DNA from: Nemertoderma westbladi
Taxonomy: Eukaryota > Animalia > Xenacoelomorpha
Direction: 5' to 3'
Assembly (NCBI GenBank): GCA_032718475.1
Contig: JAUCBJ010007566.1
Location: 1 to 64,000, forward strand
Length of the DNA stretch: 64,000 nucleotides
Each line of letters starts with the position of its first letter. Within the stretch, counting starts at the first letter, position 1. Both the position numbers and the translations under genes were made by a program. Shown here piece after piece: positions 48,901 to 58,900 of this stretch. Below the pieces are notes generated by a model. That model ran no database searches and was not told the DNA's origin. It saw only the letters and a program-made list of their open reading frames with translations.

Positions 48901-49437
48901 GGCAGCTTCTGATAAATCAAACGGGAGTCCGGGTCCGGGGAAGTTCCATTGCGACTCGACCATAGACTTCAGTTCTTCCCTTGTGTATCCCGCATAACTA
49001 TCTTTAGTTGAGCGCTTACTTCTCGCCCAATCGATCTGGTGTTCTTCCACAGCGATCAATAACCTAGGGAGTACGGCTGCAGGAAGGATGAGAAGGGGAT
49101 CCGAATAAACCGCATCCGTCATCCTTGCTCCGCGCTCGGGTGTCAGTTCTACAGTATCTTCACTACTGGAGCTGTCGGGCCGCTGAGAAATAATTTCTTG
49201 GCTCACGGGTTGTTGCTGTTCCGCTGCTTCTTGGTCCCGCTTGACCTGAGCTCGAGTGCCTATGATAGACCTACGATGTTGGACCAGCCTAGGTTCTGTT
49301 ATTACTACAGGAGGGATGACCTTCCTCACAGTGGGAGGTGAACTGAACTTACGACTAGACGGTTCTACGCCTCTATCTGAGTCGCAGATAGTTACATCTA
49401 ATAAACTATCGGACAGGTTCTGCTTAGTATCAGACAT
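42931..49437 (-). CDS. BEL/Pao Gag-Pol of A2 (Gag knuckles, protease, RT, RNase H), integrase missing
   Basis: CALCDGTH..C, CYNCLRQGH..C, CAKCGAKHHILLH; LLDSGS; DIEGMFLQV, YMDD; KTLGLKWD, FDPLG; VFGDAS, HCPGTINPADIASRG; stops after YSSWNR. Confidence 0.93.
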   Translation of the reverse strand: MSDTKQNLSDSLLDVTICDSDRGVEPSSRKFSSPPTVRKVIPPVVITEPRLVQHRRSIIGTRAQVKRDQEAAEQQQPVSQEIISQRPDSSSSEDTVELTPERGARMTDAVYSDPLLILPAAVLPRLLIAVEEHQIDWARSKRSTKDSYAGYTREELKSMVESQWNFPGPGLPFDLSEAAWEDIHRMGVAKETIDPAVWKRSAAGYAQGFFSSMERVEKQLLQQPQGPQEQGQLLYQVRERILRIRLILSAFEEASKRRQDTSLQVAVKTWFQRVSRQVQGTAQWKAQLEERSTHGESTDATFSQVESEATAEKPHKRDAIDIYLSDYQRFLGDDELRRRLDGLSPNSEGTQRVLDAIDVEMRAANQAKFDEQLRLTRVQEEQVKKKRIEDRKKAAVVAAEAERKAAAAEAAAEAKAAAAAAEAKAAEAERKAAEAVAEAERRATEETTQLELENIQENQDCINKQLTASNMQMMNRSTPKRQGYTSSEEGDTTDTEGKGNRSRLSRRKRTFHHQKLPDLPPAVRRQLNNTNLGSTEPTDQIIKIERLPTIVDEPEIIRPVLEITPSVIDTPVLPEATSKFPLHSTKLPVPSRTAQETVQVLDPERNIHDLSPVVPRPPATTLATPASAVEWVDERRRGMDLLLGQMQETVQQFKGTVRESRLELQEVQQSIALERDKLVNTQRGIPPPSVTMCQPVRSEVSHAQGVEPTRIYTASEVETPIVNPIKGNYRPVDNDIPYRPDHNPRNLYTDNSILNNTMAQESFTRQMARTEARQAVKVGEIVKFNGDEMKWLPFNEYYKDNIQNSVLSNGEKLRFLIECLEGSPKLMALKFIGHPDGLRQVWDTLNIRYGNRNNIAGYLYAKLVAPRKFISNGIIEFSDEIQEICRQLDWLGKSHEYQSAMVIRAVASTLPKGGVGTRWDKKVLYMMEQQQRDPTMTDLMTFLDGEVKLQLIKQSREKTSENKVSEKPVSRRKVTPVCYTDDGESQASQGEDSGKDTERSYYINKTPNEQGSKFKSRSNDKREQVRKTPPTSPKRIQVRKPEERTRVHTVTQNKVSNIKPKCALCDGTHRLNMCDEFLKKSLTERREVMWDKRLCYNCLRQGHQRRTCYSDIRCAKCGAKHHILLHAEFDRNSPNQVSDSELHVQFSDVNDTDQSEMEGFYTDEFSDENESCYMINTAVYRALTYEKDTDSDFTLTTSDRQPSWKAPTSDVGIREFPVVQLRVHGPQKSYIVNALLDSGSTGTFIDKELAEDIFAGQPKFRTKLNMSGIMQVWKSTVTADYYVGALSTPQDELGEHSIRSVKMVAIKNFATTQADLYNWDEDESIQHLNIPRFQTDYPGVQILIGQNAHEALETLEKRPAQPQPLQTYAVRTRVGWYFTGPSRRTLRERLPQERVCQVSEWEDDSSEGDDLTEGTPYSSDNDDVHQLFDEENTIDLLKENEAWQNQVNLCQLLYLSEREAYNDELNDVIERCNAKTRDEHAVRFFTQEAVEPNSYDKALSVEEERAKQIQETTTRFLKDQGRYEVGLPFRKREPKFINNRPLAEKRIAQLHRRLTANSSAKEMYQTQLEKFISKGYAERVPEETPVTERTYYLTHHYVPKPGKPHEVRVVFDGSALYMGQSLNSELLPGPNLLQSLLGILLRLRQYSIAFASDIEGMFLQVKVLDRDRDSLRFLWWPEGDLNQKPVEYWMTIQAFGIISSPSNACSVVRTTAEDNREAFSKEVIDNIKRDIYMDDNLKSLPSVEEAIEVAKGTVECLKRGGFRLTKFTSNSREFLESIPAEDRGAKDLDLIKDDLPETKTLGLKWDTERDILFFQLKQRDNPVRTKRICLSILSTYFDPLGFISPVILIARSLVQQMWLENHSWDDPLKGELLKKWMKWEDSLPAIEDFIISRSYFGHVLPTYSYQLHVFGDASDMGIGIVAYLRVETPDGIKVALVTSKALINNKLKVPRAELKAALYATAIGRNVTEQIDYPLEKTVYWTDALLVLEYITNEVCQFSVFVTNRVAIILSRTTMDQWRHCPGTINPADIASRGVTPRELVNTPEWLGGPDFLYREEEEWPPHLTTAEIRQAKGAEKVKPKTRASKSKLFKPAVDLSVLFTSGEDALDQKPTATTKEVLEIRDKDWKSGIPDIAQGLSPLLQRAIRHYSSWNRFCKAVTYLKRCFHHR

Positions 49438-50837
49438 GTTTATGTGTACAGTTGAATGTCTACTGCTGTATTACAGTCTGAGCAAGTCTAGTAACTCAGT
49501 ATTAACTGCTAGCCTAGTAATTAATTACCGATACTGCTACTCAGTGTAGCGTGATATATATAATATATTAGAATACCGGTATGCTTATAGTATATATAAC
49601 TATATAAGTATTATTACAGACTAGGTTTATCACAGAATACCGGTATAATTTTAGCACAAAGATATATAAATATATAATAGGCCTATCGGGAATACCGGTA
49701 TACAGCTTACAGTTTGTAGTATATATAATTCTGGACTAGAATTAATTACAAGTACCGGTATAATTTCAGCCTAAATTTATAGAAATAAAGATAATAGGTA
49801 AATACCGACCGGTATATCAATTATTTTAAATAATTGAATTTCTGAATTTTAGGGTTACTTGGTTACTTTACTTACTTTATTACCGTTATTTGAGCAGTAA
49901 TCCAACTGATATTGAGACCTAATGGTTGTATGGTAGGCCTACTATTTATAAATCGTTAGATTTGATTTATAATATATATATACCCGTTTTAATGGGTTTT
50001 GTCGATGTTTGAAATAAATGTTATTATTTCTGGGGAGTAATCACTACACAAAGCGGTGCGCTTTCAGTGAAGTGTTACTTATAGGACACTAAAACAAATA
50101 ATGCTAATTTACCTAAGTTACTTAATACTACCAATTACTTACAATTCGGGTGAGATTACAATCTCTAAATAAACACAAAAATTTACAAAAAACACAAAAT
50201 ACGAATTTTCAGGGTAATTTTACAAGAAGTCTACAAACCAGCCTAACAAAGGGTTAGAATTCTGGTTATTACAACGGACAGGGTACTGCGGTATTTGAAA
50301 ATAATACGTAGTAGTAAATACACTGCGTTGTCCAGATAGGAAAATACCACCGCCTGACGACCTATAGCCGTATCGCTATAGGTACTACGTTATGTATCAC
50401 GGAGTGTTCCTACCTAGAAGTTAATAGAGCTAATCGAACGTGCCTATCAACCACTTTACAACACAAATATAATGCCTACACTAATTACTTTCGGAAAGCA
50501 CTGTACACTAAACCCTAAATTAGGTACGAGTACTTGTACAACATATAATCAGTAGTTAAATATACTTGAACAGCTAAAAGAACCACGGCATCTGCTGGAG
50601 TGACCGGTGCACAAAATCACCAGTCTTTACCTACGCCAAGCAGCCCGTGTAGTACCGGGGTTAATTTAACTATAGCGGTATGTATAACAAACACAATTAT
50701 TGTAGGAACAAACTTGGGGAATGAATGTTGCGAATAATCGCATAAACTCTGAATAATAAATATTACGCTACGCGTACAAACCACTCAAACAAAATGCAGA
50801 CCAAATACTGACAGACTACTATCAAGCCTAAATAAAC

Positions 50838-51377
50838 TGTGACGGGATCCAGGAGGGATCCCGATTTATCCGATGTGGTAATTTAGTCCACGCGTCCCCG
50901 CCGTGTATAAGGGTGAAATAAAGTAACTGAGTTCTGGAGTTCGGTGTATAATAATAATAGGGCATAGGATATAGATATAGATATAATGTGTACAAGGCGG
51001 GATACGGTAACTAAAGTCCCGTGATCCCCTAACTAAACTAATTGACTGTACCCTACGCTAGCACTGCTGCACTGAGATAACTGAATCACTGATTAATAGG
51101 TTATTGGTTATATTGCACGGTGGCCTTACTGCTACTCAATCGATGCCATTCCCCCCTCTGATTGGTTAATACCCTTGTTGGCGCCCCGTGGAGTATTCCC
51201 GTTCACTCCACCTGTTCTCCCTGGGTTAGGGGTTTGGCCCCTGACCCTCTATTGTGTGCTTCCTTCCCACTCTTATTGGGATGGCACGAGTTGGTTAATT
51301 GCCCAATCTCGTGGCTCCCAATATTGCTTATCGGCTTACAACTTTATGGGGTGTTGGCGGGATTGAATAAGCTAACA
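50838..51377 (-). mobile_element. 3' LTR of BEL/Pao element B (element runs past the window end)
   Basis: Minus strand TGTTAGC...GTCACA preceded by PPT GGGGGGGAG; both ends match the solo LTR 7919-8463. Confidence 0.92.
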
Positions 51378-52087
51378 CTCCCCCCCATGCTATCTTCCCG
51401 GTAAGAAGATAGCATCAACCAAAAAAGTGCGTTACAATCCCGCTGGATCCCGATCTAATATCGGGTGTGGGGTGGAATTCTTTTCTCTAGGAGCCGGCTT
51501 TCCAGGCCGCCCCCTATGGGTATGATAACGCTACCCTGTGTGCCTGGCGTCTCATGTCGGGCCGATCGCGCTCACCTCTTCACACGACCTTTGTTTCCCC
51601 AACACTTTCGCCCTATCTCACCTTCACTCTCACCCTAGCTCTCTCACATTCGGACCTCCCCGTCCCTTACTCAGCCTCTTATTCTCCCCTCCCACACTCT
51701 AGAATCGCGTCCGCACTCTCTTTGCACTCCACTCTATCACTCCGTCCCTCAACCTCACTTCGACTGTTTTATCTCTCCTGACGAACCTCCCCCCCCTCTC
51801 GTGCCGTCGCACTCGAGAAGTATGAAATTGTCAGTTGTCTCGTCCATAGTGCCACAGTCAGTTATCCCCCAGTCCCAGTAGCTAATTGAGAAAGGTTGTA
51901 TGACTATAGTACTTACTCCGATCGTGTATTTTACTGCTAATCACTACGTACGTACATACAAATTGCACTTATGTTATTTGCATTAATTAAGTTTGTATTT
52001 AATAGTTCGTACGTTCCATGCGGCGCCTTCCAGGCGCACCACTTTCCAGTCTCAGTCTCACTCCCTCGTTCCCTCGTCTCTGGGAAC

Positions 52088-54283
52088 CTATCTGTTCCTC
52101 CTCACGTCCTCTTCCCTGGCCCGTTTCTTGGTTATCACCGCTCCTCTGGCATCATCCGCTTTCTGCTTCCGGACCTTCGCCGCCACTTCCTTGCTGATCC
52201 CGGTCGTCGGCTCCTTGGGCGCTGGTGTTATTAATGCCCGATACCGCTTCGCCGGTGGCCCCTCAGAATGGCCTGGTTGTCTCCCTCGAGTGGCGTCCCA
52301 TAGGATCATTTTCATTGCCTTTGGTACGTGTTCCGCCAAGAAATCCCTAAACTCCCTCCGGTTCTCTGGTGTCCACCTGTCCAGGTACCGTTGCGTGTTC
52401 ATAACTCCGGCGAACGACGCCGCCGTTGCTACCTCTTGGTAGGTAAACGGTAACCTTCGCTTTATGATTTCCATGTGGGTCTCCTGGTTTATGAGGAAGA
52501 AACCCCACTTGAACTCTTGGGCCTTCATGCGCTGGCGCGTCATGGCCCCGACGTCGGCCCACTCCTCGAACCTCGTGAACTTCTCCTCGTCGTTCATCCA
52601 GTCACACTCGCGTCCGTAGTGTCCCCGAAAGTGGCACTTTGGACATCGGTTATGCAACCGTGGACACGCCCTCATCCTGTGACTTGGTTCTCTACAGTAG
52701 AGACAAAAGGTTCCCCGTTGGAACCGGTACAGGCAGCTGCTTTCCCGATGGGTCTGTCTCCCACAGTAGTCGCAGCCGAGTACCAATGTCTCCCGTCCCA
52801 CCTCGTCCTTCGTCCCAAGCGATCTCCGCGGTCTATGGAGTCGCTGGTAGGCGAACTTCTCTACGTTGCTCTCCCTGTTTACGTCGATCTCTCCGCCCCT
52901 CTCGGGCATCGTCTCCCCGAATACTATCCGTGGTGCCGTCCCCGGTTGCTCGCCCAACCTGATGGTGCTCCCCGCGAAATCCATCGCCGGCTCCTCGTGC
53001 ACCCAGGTCCGCTTGCCGGATCTGTTCCAGAAGGCCCTCGCCCCACTGGCCGTCACCACCCTTCCGCCAACCCAGTCCGTGTCCGAGTGGCCTATCCTCT
53101 CGATGGGCGGCATCTCTCCGAATTCGTCGTCGTCGTCCTCCTCTTCCGGTAGTGTCTCCAATCCCGGTATCCCGATGGATCCACTATGTCCCTTCCCGCC
53201 TTGGCTCTCGCCCGTAGCTCTCCATCCCTCTAGCTCCCTTAACTTCCTTGGCGGTTGGTCGCCCTCGGCGCCCGCTGGTATGGGCATCGTTTGCAACCCC
53301 GACGTCGACTGTTTCGGCGATCCCACCGTCCATCCCAATTCTCGCCCTAGAGACTCCCCCGAACTCCCTGACGAAGTCCAATGAAGTTCGTCTAGGCCCG
53401 CCTGTTCCTCGAAGCCGTAACTCTGTGCCCTGGCCTCCTCTTCCCTCTCCTCTGCTTCTATCCTCTCCCGTCTAGCGACTTCTTCCAGTCGCTTTGCTTC
53501 TCGTCTGTCCGCCTCTAGCTGCTCCCATCTCTGATACGGTGTATCTGTCTCCCCGTCTACCAGATGTCGGCTGTTGTAGTACACCGACTCGCCCTTCAGC
53601 CCCGGGTGGTCTACCAGACCGTCAAAGGCCACTTTAAAGGCTCTCCTGTAGCTTAGGGGTGATCCCGATAACAGAAATGCCCCTGGTTCCCTTTCGATAA
53701 CTACGGTCATGAATAAGTTAAGCAAACTTATCATCATCCAGTCCTCCTGCAGGATATATCGCTTCTGATATACCTTTATCGCTCCTCTGCGAAACTGATA
53801 TACCTCCTGCTTTCCCGGTCTCGCTCCCCACTTCAGCGAGTTCGCTAGTTCTGCTCCGTATTCTTCCCTAAACTTCCCCCAATCCATTGGTTTGTGGCAT
53901 ACGAGCCCCAATAATTGGCCCATCGCCACCGCCCCGCATTGGCCTGAGTTCTCGACCACCCCCAATCCATCCGGTGCCGTCATAGCCATAAAGACTTTCT
54001 GCATATCCAGGAGGTTGGTGGCGTCCGGACCGATGATCCTCTCCGCGTCCTCGCGAATCGCCGATCCCACTTTCGTCGTCGACTTCTCTCTTACTAAGAC
54101 TTGTACCGCTTTCGGCAATCGGTCTAATTTCGGCCCGTCCTTCTTCCCATACGTCCCTAGGTCGAATAAGAAGATGTCCCCATTCGGCGCGGCCAAATGT
54201 AGGAGTATGGTCCTGGCCGACCCTGCCGTTCCTCGTCTCGAACCCGCTTCGTCTTCCACGGTTCCCTCGTCATCTAGGATCAT
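52088..54283 (-). CDS. B accessory ORF: DEDDy-like 3'-5' exonuclease, 3 CCHC knuckles, basic tail
   Basis: MILDDEG, ILLHLAAPNGDIFLFDL, LPKAVQVLVREKSTTKVGSAIREDA, LLDMQ, QKRYILQED; CDYCGRQTHRESSC, CLYCREPSHRMRAC, CPKCHFRGHYGREC. Confidence 0.82.
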   Translation of the reverse strand: MILDDEGTVEDEAGSRRGTAGSARTILLHLAAPNGDIFLFDLGTYGKKDGPKLDRLPKAVQVLVREKSTTKVGSAIREDAERIIGPDATNLLDMQKVFMAMTAPDGLGVVENSGQCGAVAMGQLLGLVCHKPMDWGKFREEYGAELANSLKWGARPGKQEVYQFRRGAIKVYQKRYILQEDWMMISLLNLFMTVVIEREPGAFLLSGSPLSYRRAFKVAFDGLVDHPGLKGESVYYNSRHLVDGETDTPYQRWEQLEADRREAKRLEEVARRERIEAEEREEEARAQSYGFEEQAGLDELHWTSSGSSGESLGRELGWTVGSPKQSTSGLQTMPIPAGAEGDQPPRKLRELEGWRATGESQGGKGHSGSIGIPGLETLPEEEDDDDEFGEMPPIERIGHSDTDWVGGRVVTASGARAFWNRSGKRTWVHEEPAMDFAGSTIRLGEQPGTAPRIVFGETMPERGGEIDVNRESNVEKFAYQRLHRPRRSLGTKDEVGRETLVLGCDYCGRQTHRESSCLYRFQRGTFCLYCREPSHRMRACPRLHNRCPKCHFRGHYGRECDWMNDEEKFTRFEEWADVGAMTRQRMKAQEFKWGFFLINQETHMEIIKRRLPFTYQEVATAASFAGVMNTQRYLDRWTPENRREFRDFLAEHVPKAMKMILWDATRGRQPGHSEGPPAKRYRALITPAPKEPTTGISKEVAAKVRKQKADDARGAVITKKRAREEDVRRNR

Positions 54284-54623
54284 ATATCCTCCTCTGTTGA
54301 CGGACTCTATGAATCTTTTCCAGGTCCTTCCTCGGCGATTCCCTCGGATACTTCGGAATCCCGAACTTCGCCTCGTCCCCTTTCACCACGTAGTGGAAGT
54401 GTTGGAAGATCGCGTTGTCTAGTGACGGGGTCCCGTAGGTCCCGACCAACCGCTGTTCGTGCGCCTCCCGGAAGTGATCCTGCAGCGCTCGTGCCGCGTG
54501 ACCCCTTTCCAACCTCTCGTAGTATCCTCTCGTCTTCTCTTCCGGGTGTCTTTCGGTGAAATCCACCAATATTTCTTTTCCTCCTGACTCCGCCTTTCTC
54601 TTCCTGATCAGCTTACTCGCCAT
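54270..54623 (-). CDS. Probable frameshifted N-terminal part of the B accessory ORF
   Basis: ATG at 54623; overlaps the exonuclease ORF, whose frame reads TWKRFIESVNRGGY before MILDDEG, comparable to A2 EWNETLNVIEMYG. Confidence 0.5.
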   Translation of the reverse strand: MASKLIRKRKAESGGKEILVDFTERHPEEKTRGYYERLERGHAARALQDHFREAHEQRLVGTYGTPSLDNAIFQHFHYVVKGDEAKFGIPKYPRESPRKDLEKIHRVRQQRRIYDPR

Positions 54624-55124
54624 TCCGAACACTACACTCGCTCACCTGCAGGGTGGTGCCTTACCAAGGCGCAATACAGATGAGTGAAGAATTTAAGATG
54701 TTTCGTACAGTTCGATAATGGCCTACTTTCTACTTAATTGCGCCTTTCAAGCTTAATTTAACCTAATTAATTTCGGAGCTAGTAAATCAGCCTAATTTAC
54801 AATTTCTGTCCGTTACTTTTATTATGTTCTAGAATGACTTTCCTTGTGTTGCCACTATTTTACGATTTTAGCCCTATTCTATTTATTTGTTTATTTTTCT
54901 TTGATTCTACTGTCCTACTACTTACTACTGCCTATGGATTTATTCTATTCTCTGATCCATATTCTGGCCTACTCTGTGGGCCTATGCAGTACAGCAGTAT
55001 GCGTCGTGTGGCCACACGATTTATCCAGCTGCACTCATATGCCCCCCTCTCGCTACTAACTCTACTTACTGCTGATTAATATCTATATCCTATTTACCCC
55101 TTTTACCTCTTACTCTCTCTCTTC

Positions 55125-55812
55125 TAACTAATGGTACTACGTACCTACTAACTCTCTAACTATCGGTACTACGTACCCTCTAACTCTAACTCTAACTAGG
55201 TACTACGTACCTACTAACTCTCTAACTATCGGTACTACGTACCCTCTAACTCTAACTCTAACTAGGTACTACGTACCTACTAACTCTCTAACTATCGGTA
55301 CTACGTACCCTCTAACTCTAACTCTAACTAGGTACTACGTACCTACTAACTCTCTAACTATCGGTACTACGTACCCTCTAACTCTAACTCTAACTAGGTA
55401 CTACGTACCTACTAACTCTCTAACTATCGGTACTACGTACCCTCTAACTCTAACTCTAACTAGGTACTACGTACCTACTAACTCTCTAACTATCGGTACT
55501 ACGTACCCTCTAACTCTAACTCTAACTAGGTACTACGTACCTACTAACTAACTAACTCTAGGTACTACGTACCTACTAACTCTCTAACTCTAGGTACTAC
55601 GTACCTACTAACTAACTAACTAACTCTAGGTACTACGTACCTACTAACTCTCTAACTCTAGGTACTACGTACCTACTAACTAACTAACTCTAGGCACTAC
55701 GTACCTACTAACTCTCTAACTCTAGGTACTACGTACCTACTAACTAACTAACTCTAGGTACTACGTACCTACTAACTAACTAACTCTAGGTACTACGTAC
55801 CTACTAACTAAT
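55125..55812. repeat. Internal tandem array in B: GGTACTACGTACC hairpin plus CTAA-rich spacers (66-bp dimer of 32+34, then about 30-bp monomers)
   Basis: Seen directly between the pol stop and the accessory ORF. Confidence 0.95.
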
Positions 55813-55927
55813 TAACTATTATTTTTATTTTATTTTTTATTTTATTTGTGTGGGAAGGGCGTCTCGCCCTCAATCCCACCCCCCTCAGTCCAAAGCTTGG
55901 ACGACTAAACTCCACTCTAACTCCATT

Positions 55928-58900
55928 TTAAGGTGCCCCTTCTAGAAGACAGCATTTACCTACTGCTCTCCTGTAGGTTTTTCTGTCTTTCGCACCTATC
56001 TTTCCACCTATCCGCACTTCTACCGATCGGACTCTTCCGTCCTCGTCGGAGTAGGTGCCTACGACTCTCGCCAACCGCCACTGGTTGTTGATGATAGTAT
56101 CATCCGTGACGATTACGAGATCTCCCTCTCTTAACTCCCTGTTCGGCTTCCTCCACTTGCTTCGCTTATGGAGCGTGGGTAGGTATTCTTCGACCCACCT
56201 CCTCCAATACTCTGCGCTTATCGCTTTAGCGACTTTCCAACTCTGGCGGGAATGTATATGATCTGGGTCTACACCCCGCATATCGATGGTCGCTGGCCTT
56301 TCCATCAGAAAATGGCTAGGCGTCAACACGTCTAACGACTCAGGGTCATCATTCTCCGGGTATAGCGGTCTGCTATTAATGATCCCCTCGCACTTCGCAA
56401 GTACTGTCCGTAAGACGTCCTCAGTGACCATGTGGGTGTTCATTAACTTCGTCATTAGGCGCTTTGAACTACCCACCAGTCTCTCGACGCATCCTAGCGT
56501 ATGTGGTGCATACGGCGTCCTTCTCTCCCACTTTACTTGTCGTCTTCTCATGGCCGCCCTGACTTCTTCTCCTTCTAAGATTTCCAAGGCTTCTGCCATC
56601 TCACTCTCTGCGCCCACAAAGTTGGTGCCGTTGTCGCTATATATCACTGCGATCGTCCCACCTTTGCGGTCCCTAAACCTTTCTAAGGCGTTAATGAATG
56701 CTGATGCGGTTGCATCTTGGGCGAGTTCTATCCCTACCGCCCGTGTATTGTTGCATACGAAGATAATACCGTAGCGTTTCTCCGTGTGTCGCATCACCTT
56801 GATCTTTATCGGCCCGAACATGTCCACACCGCAATGCGTAAATGGCGGGTCGTGCTGTCTTACCCTACTCGCCGGTAGTGGCGCCATCTCCTGTACAGCT
56901 CGCTCCTTTTTCGCCCGTCGGCAGGTCTGGCACTGCCCCACTACCGCTTTAACCTTCTTCCTTAGTTGTTTGACCCAATAGGTCCTCCTTATCTCTGTGA
57001 GGGTTCGGTTAGTGCCCCCATGCAATATCGATTTGTGGGAGTTCCATATGATCTGGTGGACTATAGGCGATCCTGTGGGAATGATGATGGGTTTCGGTGG
57101 CACGACTATACTGTTGTTATATCCCACCCTAGAATTCATTACTAGAATCCCATCCTCGTTGAGTTGTGGCGACAGCGTAGTCAACTCGCTTTCCCGTCGG
57201 AGGTGCTGTTGGTTGCCGACACGTTCCACCTCGTCGCCGTAGTTCTTCCGTTGTTCATAGCGGATTATTGCCTTGGCCGCTCCTTCCAGATCTATGGTTG
57301 TCCTGATCTTCTTGTCCTTGCCGACTCCCGCAAGGAAATTCCCAAAGGCTCTCCAGTACGCCACTAATTTCTTGGTCTTATACCAACTAGAACTGTAGCT
57401 GAGGAGTTTATCCGTCGGGTTATCGCACAGTTCCCTTCCTGGTTGCACGTCCCTAATCTCCCTCACCATCTGGGAGTATATCTCTTCTCCCTCTGAGTCT
57501 CCCTCTTCTCCCTCTGATATTGGTTCCGAGCCCGGGTCCACCTTCCTCATCGGCGGCCAGGCCTCCCTATCGCTCAGAAATTGTGGCCCATGTTGCCACA
57601 ATACTTCCTTCTTTAAGAAAGTGTGGCGTTCCACGCCCCTTGACAGCAAGTCCGCTGGGTTCTCGTCTGTTGGGCAGTAGTGCCACCTTTCCAGTTCTGT
57701 GCTCGCCCTTATTTCGTCCACTCTATTCGCGACGAATATCGGGTACCTCGTCTTTTCGTTGTGTAGCCAACCAAGCACTACCATGGAGTCTGTCCAGTAG
57801 TGTGTCTCCACTATGTTGGGAATTGTATCCACTAGGTAGGCTGTGGCCCTAACTCCTAGTCTCGCAGCTGTCAATTCTAACTTGGGAACAGATGCTGAAT
57901 CTGGCGGCGTTGACTTAGCTTTGCTAAAGGCTAGTCTGGGCTTGTGAGCCCCCTCTCGTTGTACTAAATAGAGTGCCGCTCCGTATGCCTCTAACGATGC
58001 GTCGGAGAACATATGTAGGTCCAGATTCGTCATGTTCCCGTCCGGGAAATACACTCGCGGCATGTTGTATGTTCCCATCCTTTCCAAGTCTCCTGTCCAT
58101 TTGCTCCACTGTTTCTTGATGTCCTCTGGTACCTCTACGTCCCACTCATCCTTCAATTTATATACTCTCTTGAGTATCTGTTTCCCCGTGACTAGTAATG
58201 GGGATGCTAGGCCTAGGGGATCGTATATCCTTGCTATATACGATACATAACCCCTCTTCGTATGGGTGTCTGCGCCCTCCTGGCTCAGCTGATACTTCAG
58301 TTCGTCCGTTTTCCTATCCCACACGATTCCCAATGCCTTCTGCTGGGATTCCGTTCTCTTAATCGCCATGTCCTGTCCTTTGGCTGTTGTAGGGTTGTCC
58401 ATGGTCGATTCTGGTTTCTTGTCCTCTATTTTCTTGATAAATTCTTCTGAACTGGATTGGAATTTGGTCAGGTTGAAGCCGGATCCTTTCAGGATGTCGC
58501 GAACTTCGCGCCCTGTTTCCAGTATCTCCTCAACCGTATTTCCAGACTCCATACCGTCGTCTACGTAGAAGCCGCGTCGGATCATATCGACGGCCCTACT
58601 GCTGTATCTATCTTCCTTCCCCTTCACCGTGTCTCTCACTGCCATAGTCGTCGTAAATGAGGACGACTTGGCCCCCATGTTTTGTACTACCATCTTATAC
58701 GCTGGTATTATCGGCGGTTCTTCTTCGCCGTTATACCATAAGAAGCGTTGACTGTCACTGTCTTCTTCCGTTACACGGACCTGGTTGAACATGCCTTCTA
58801 TGTCACACGTGAAGGCGTGTTTCCCATTCCTAAATCTAAGTAGTACTTCTATCCCCGAATTGTATATGTTTGGGCCCTCTAGTAGGTAGTCGTTTAAGCA

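Noticed and set aside
39013-54283. env genes for the ORFs downstream of pol
   Set aside because: No signal peptide, TM anchor or fusion-protein cysteine pattern seen; nuclease-like and knuckle motifs instead.
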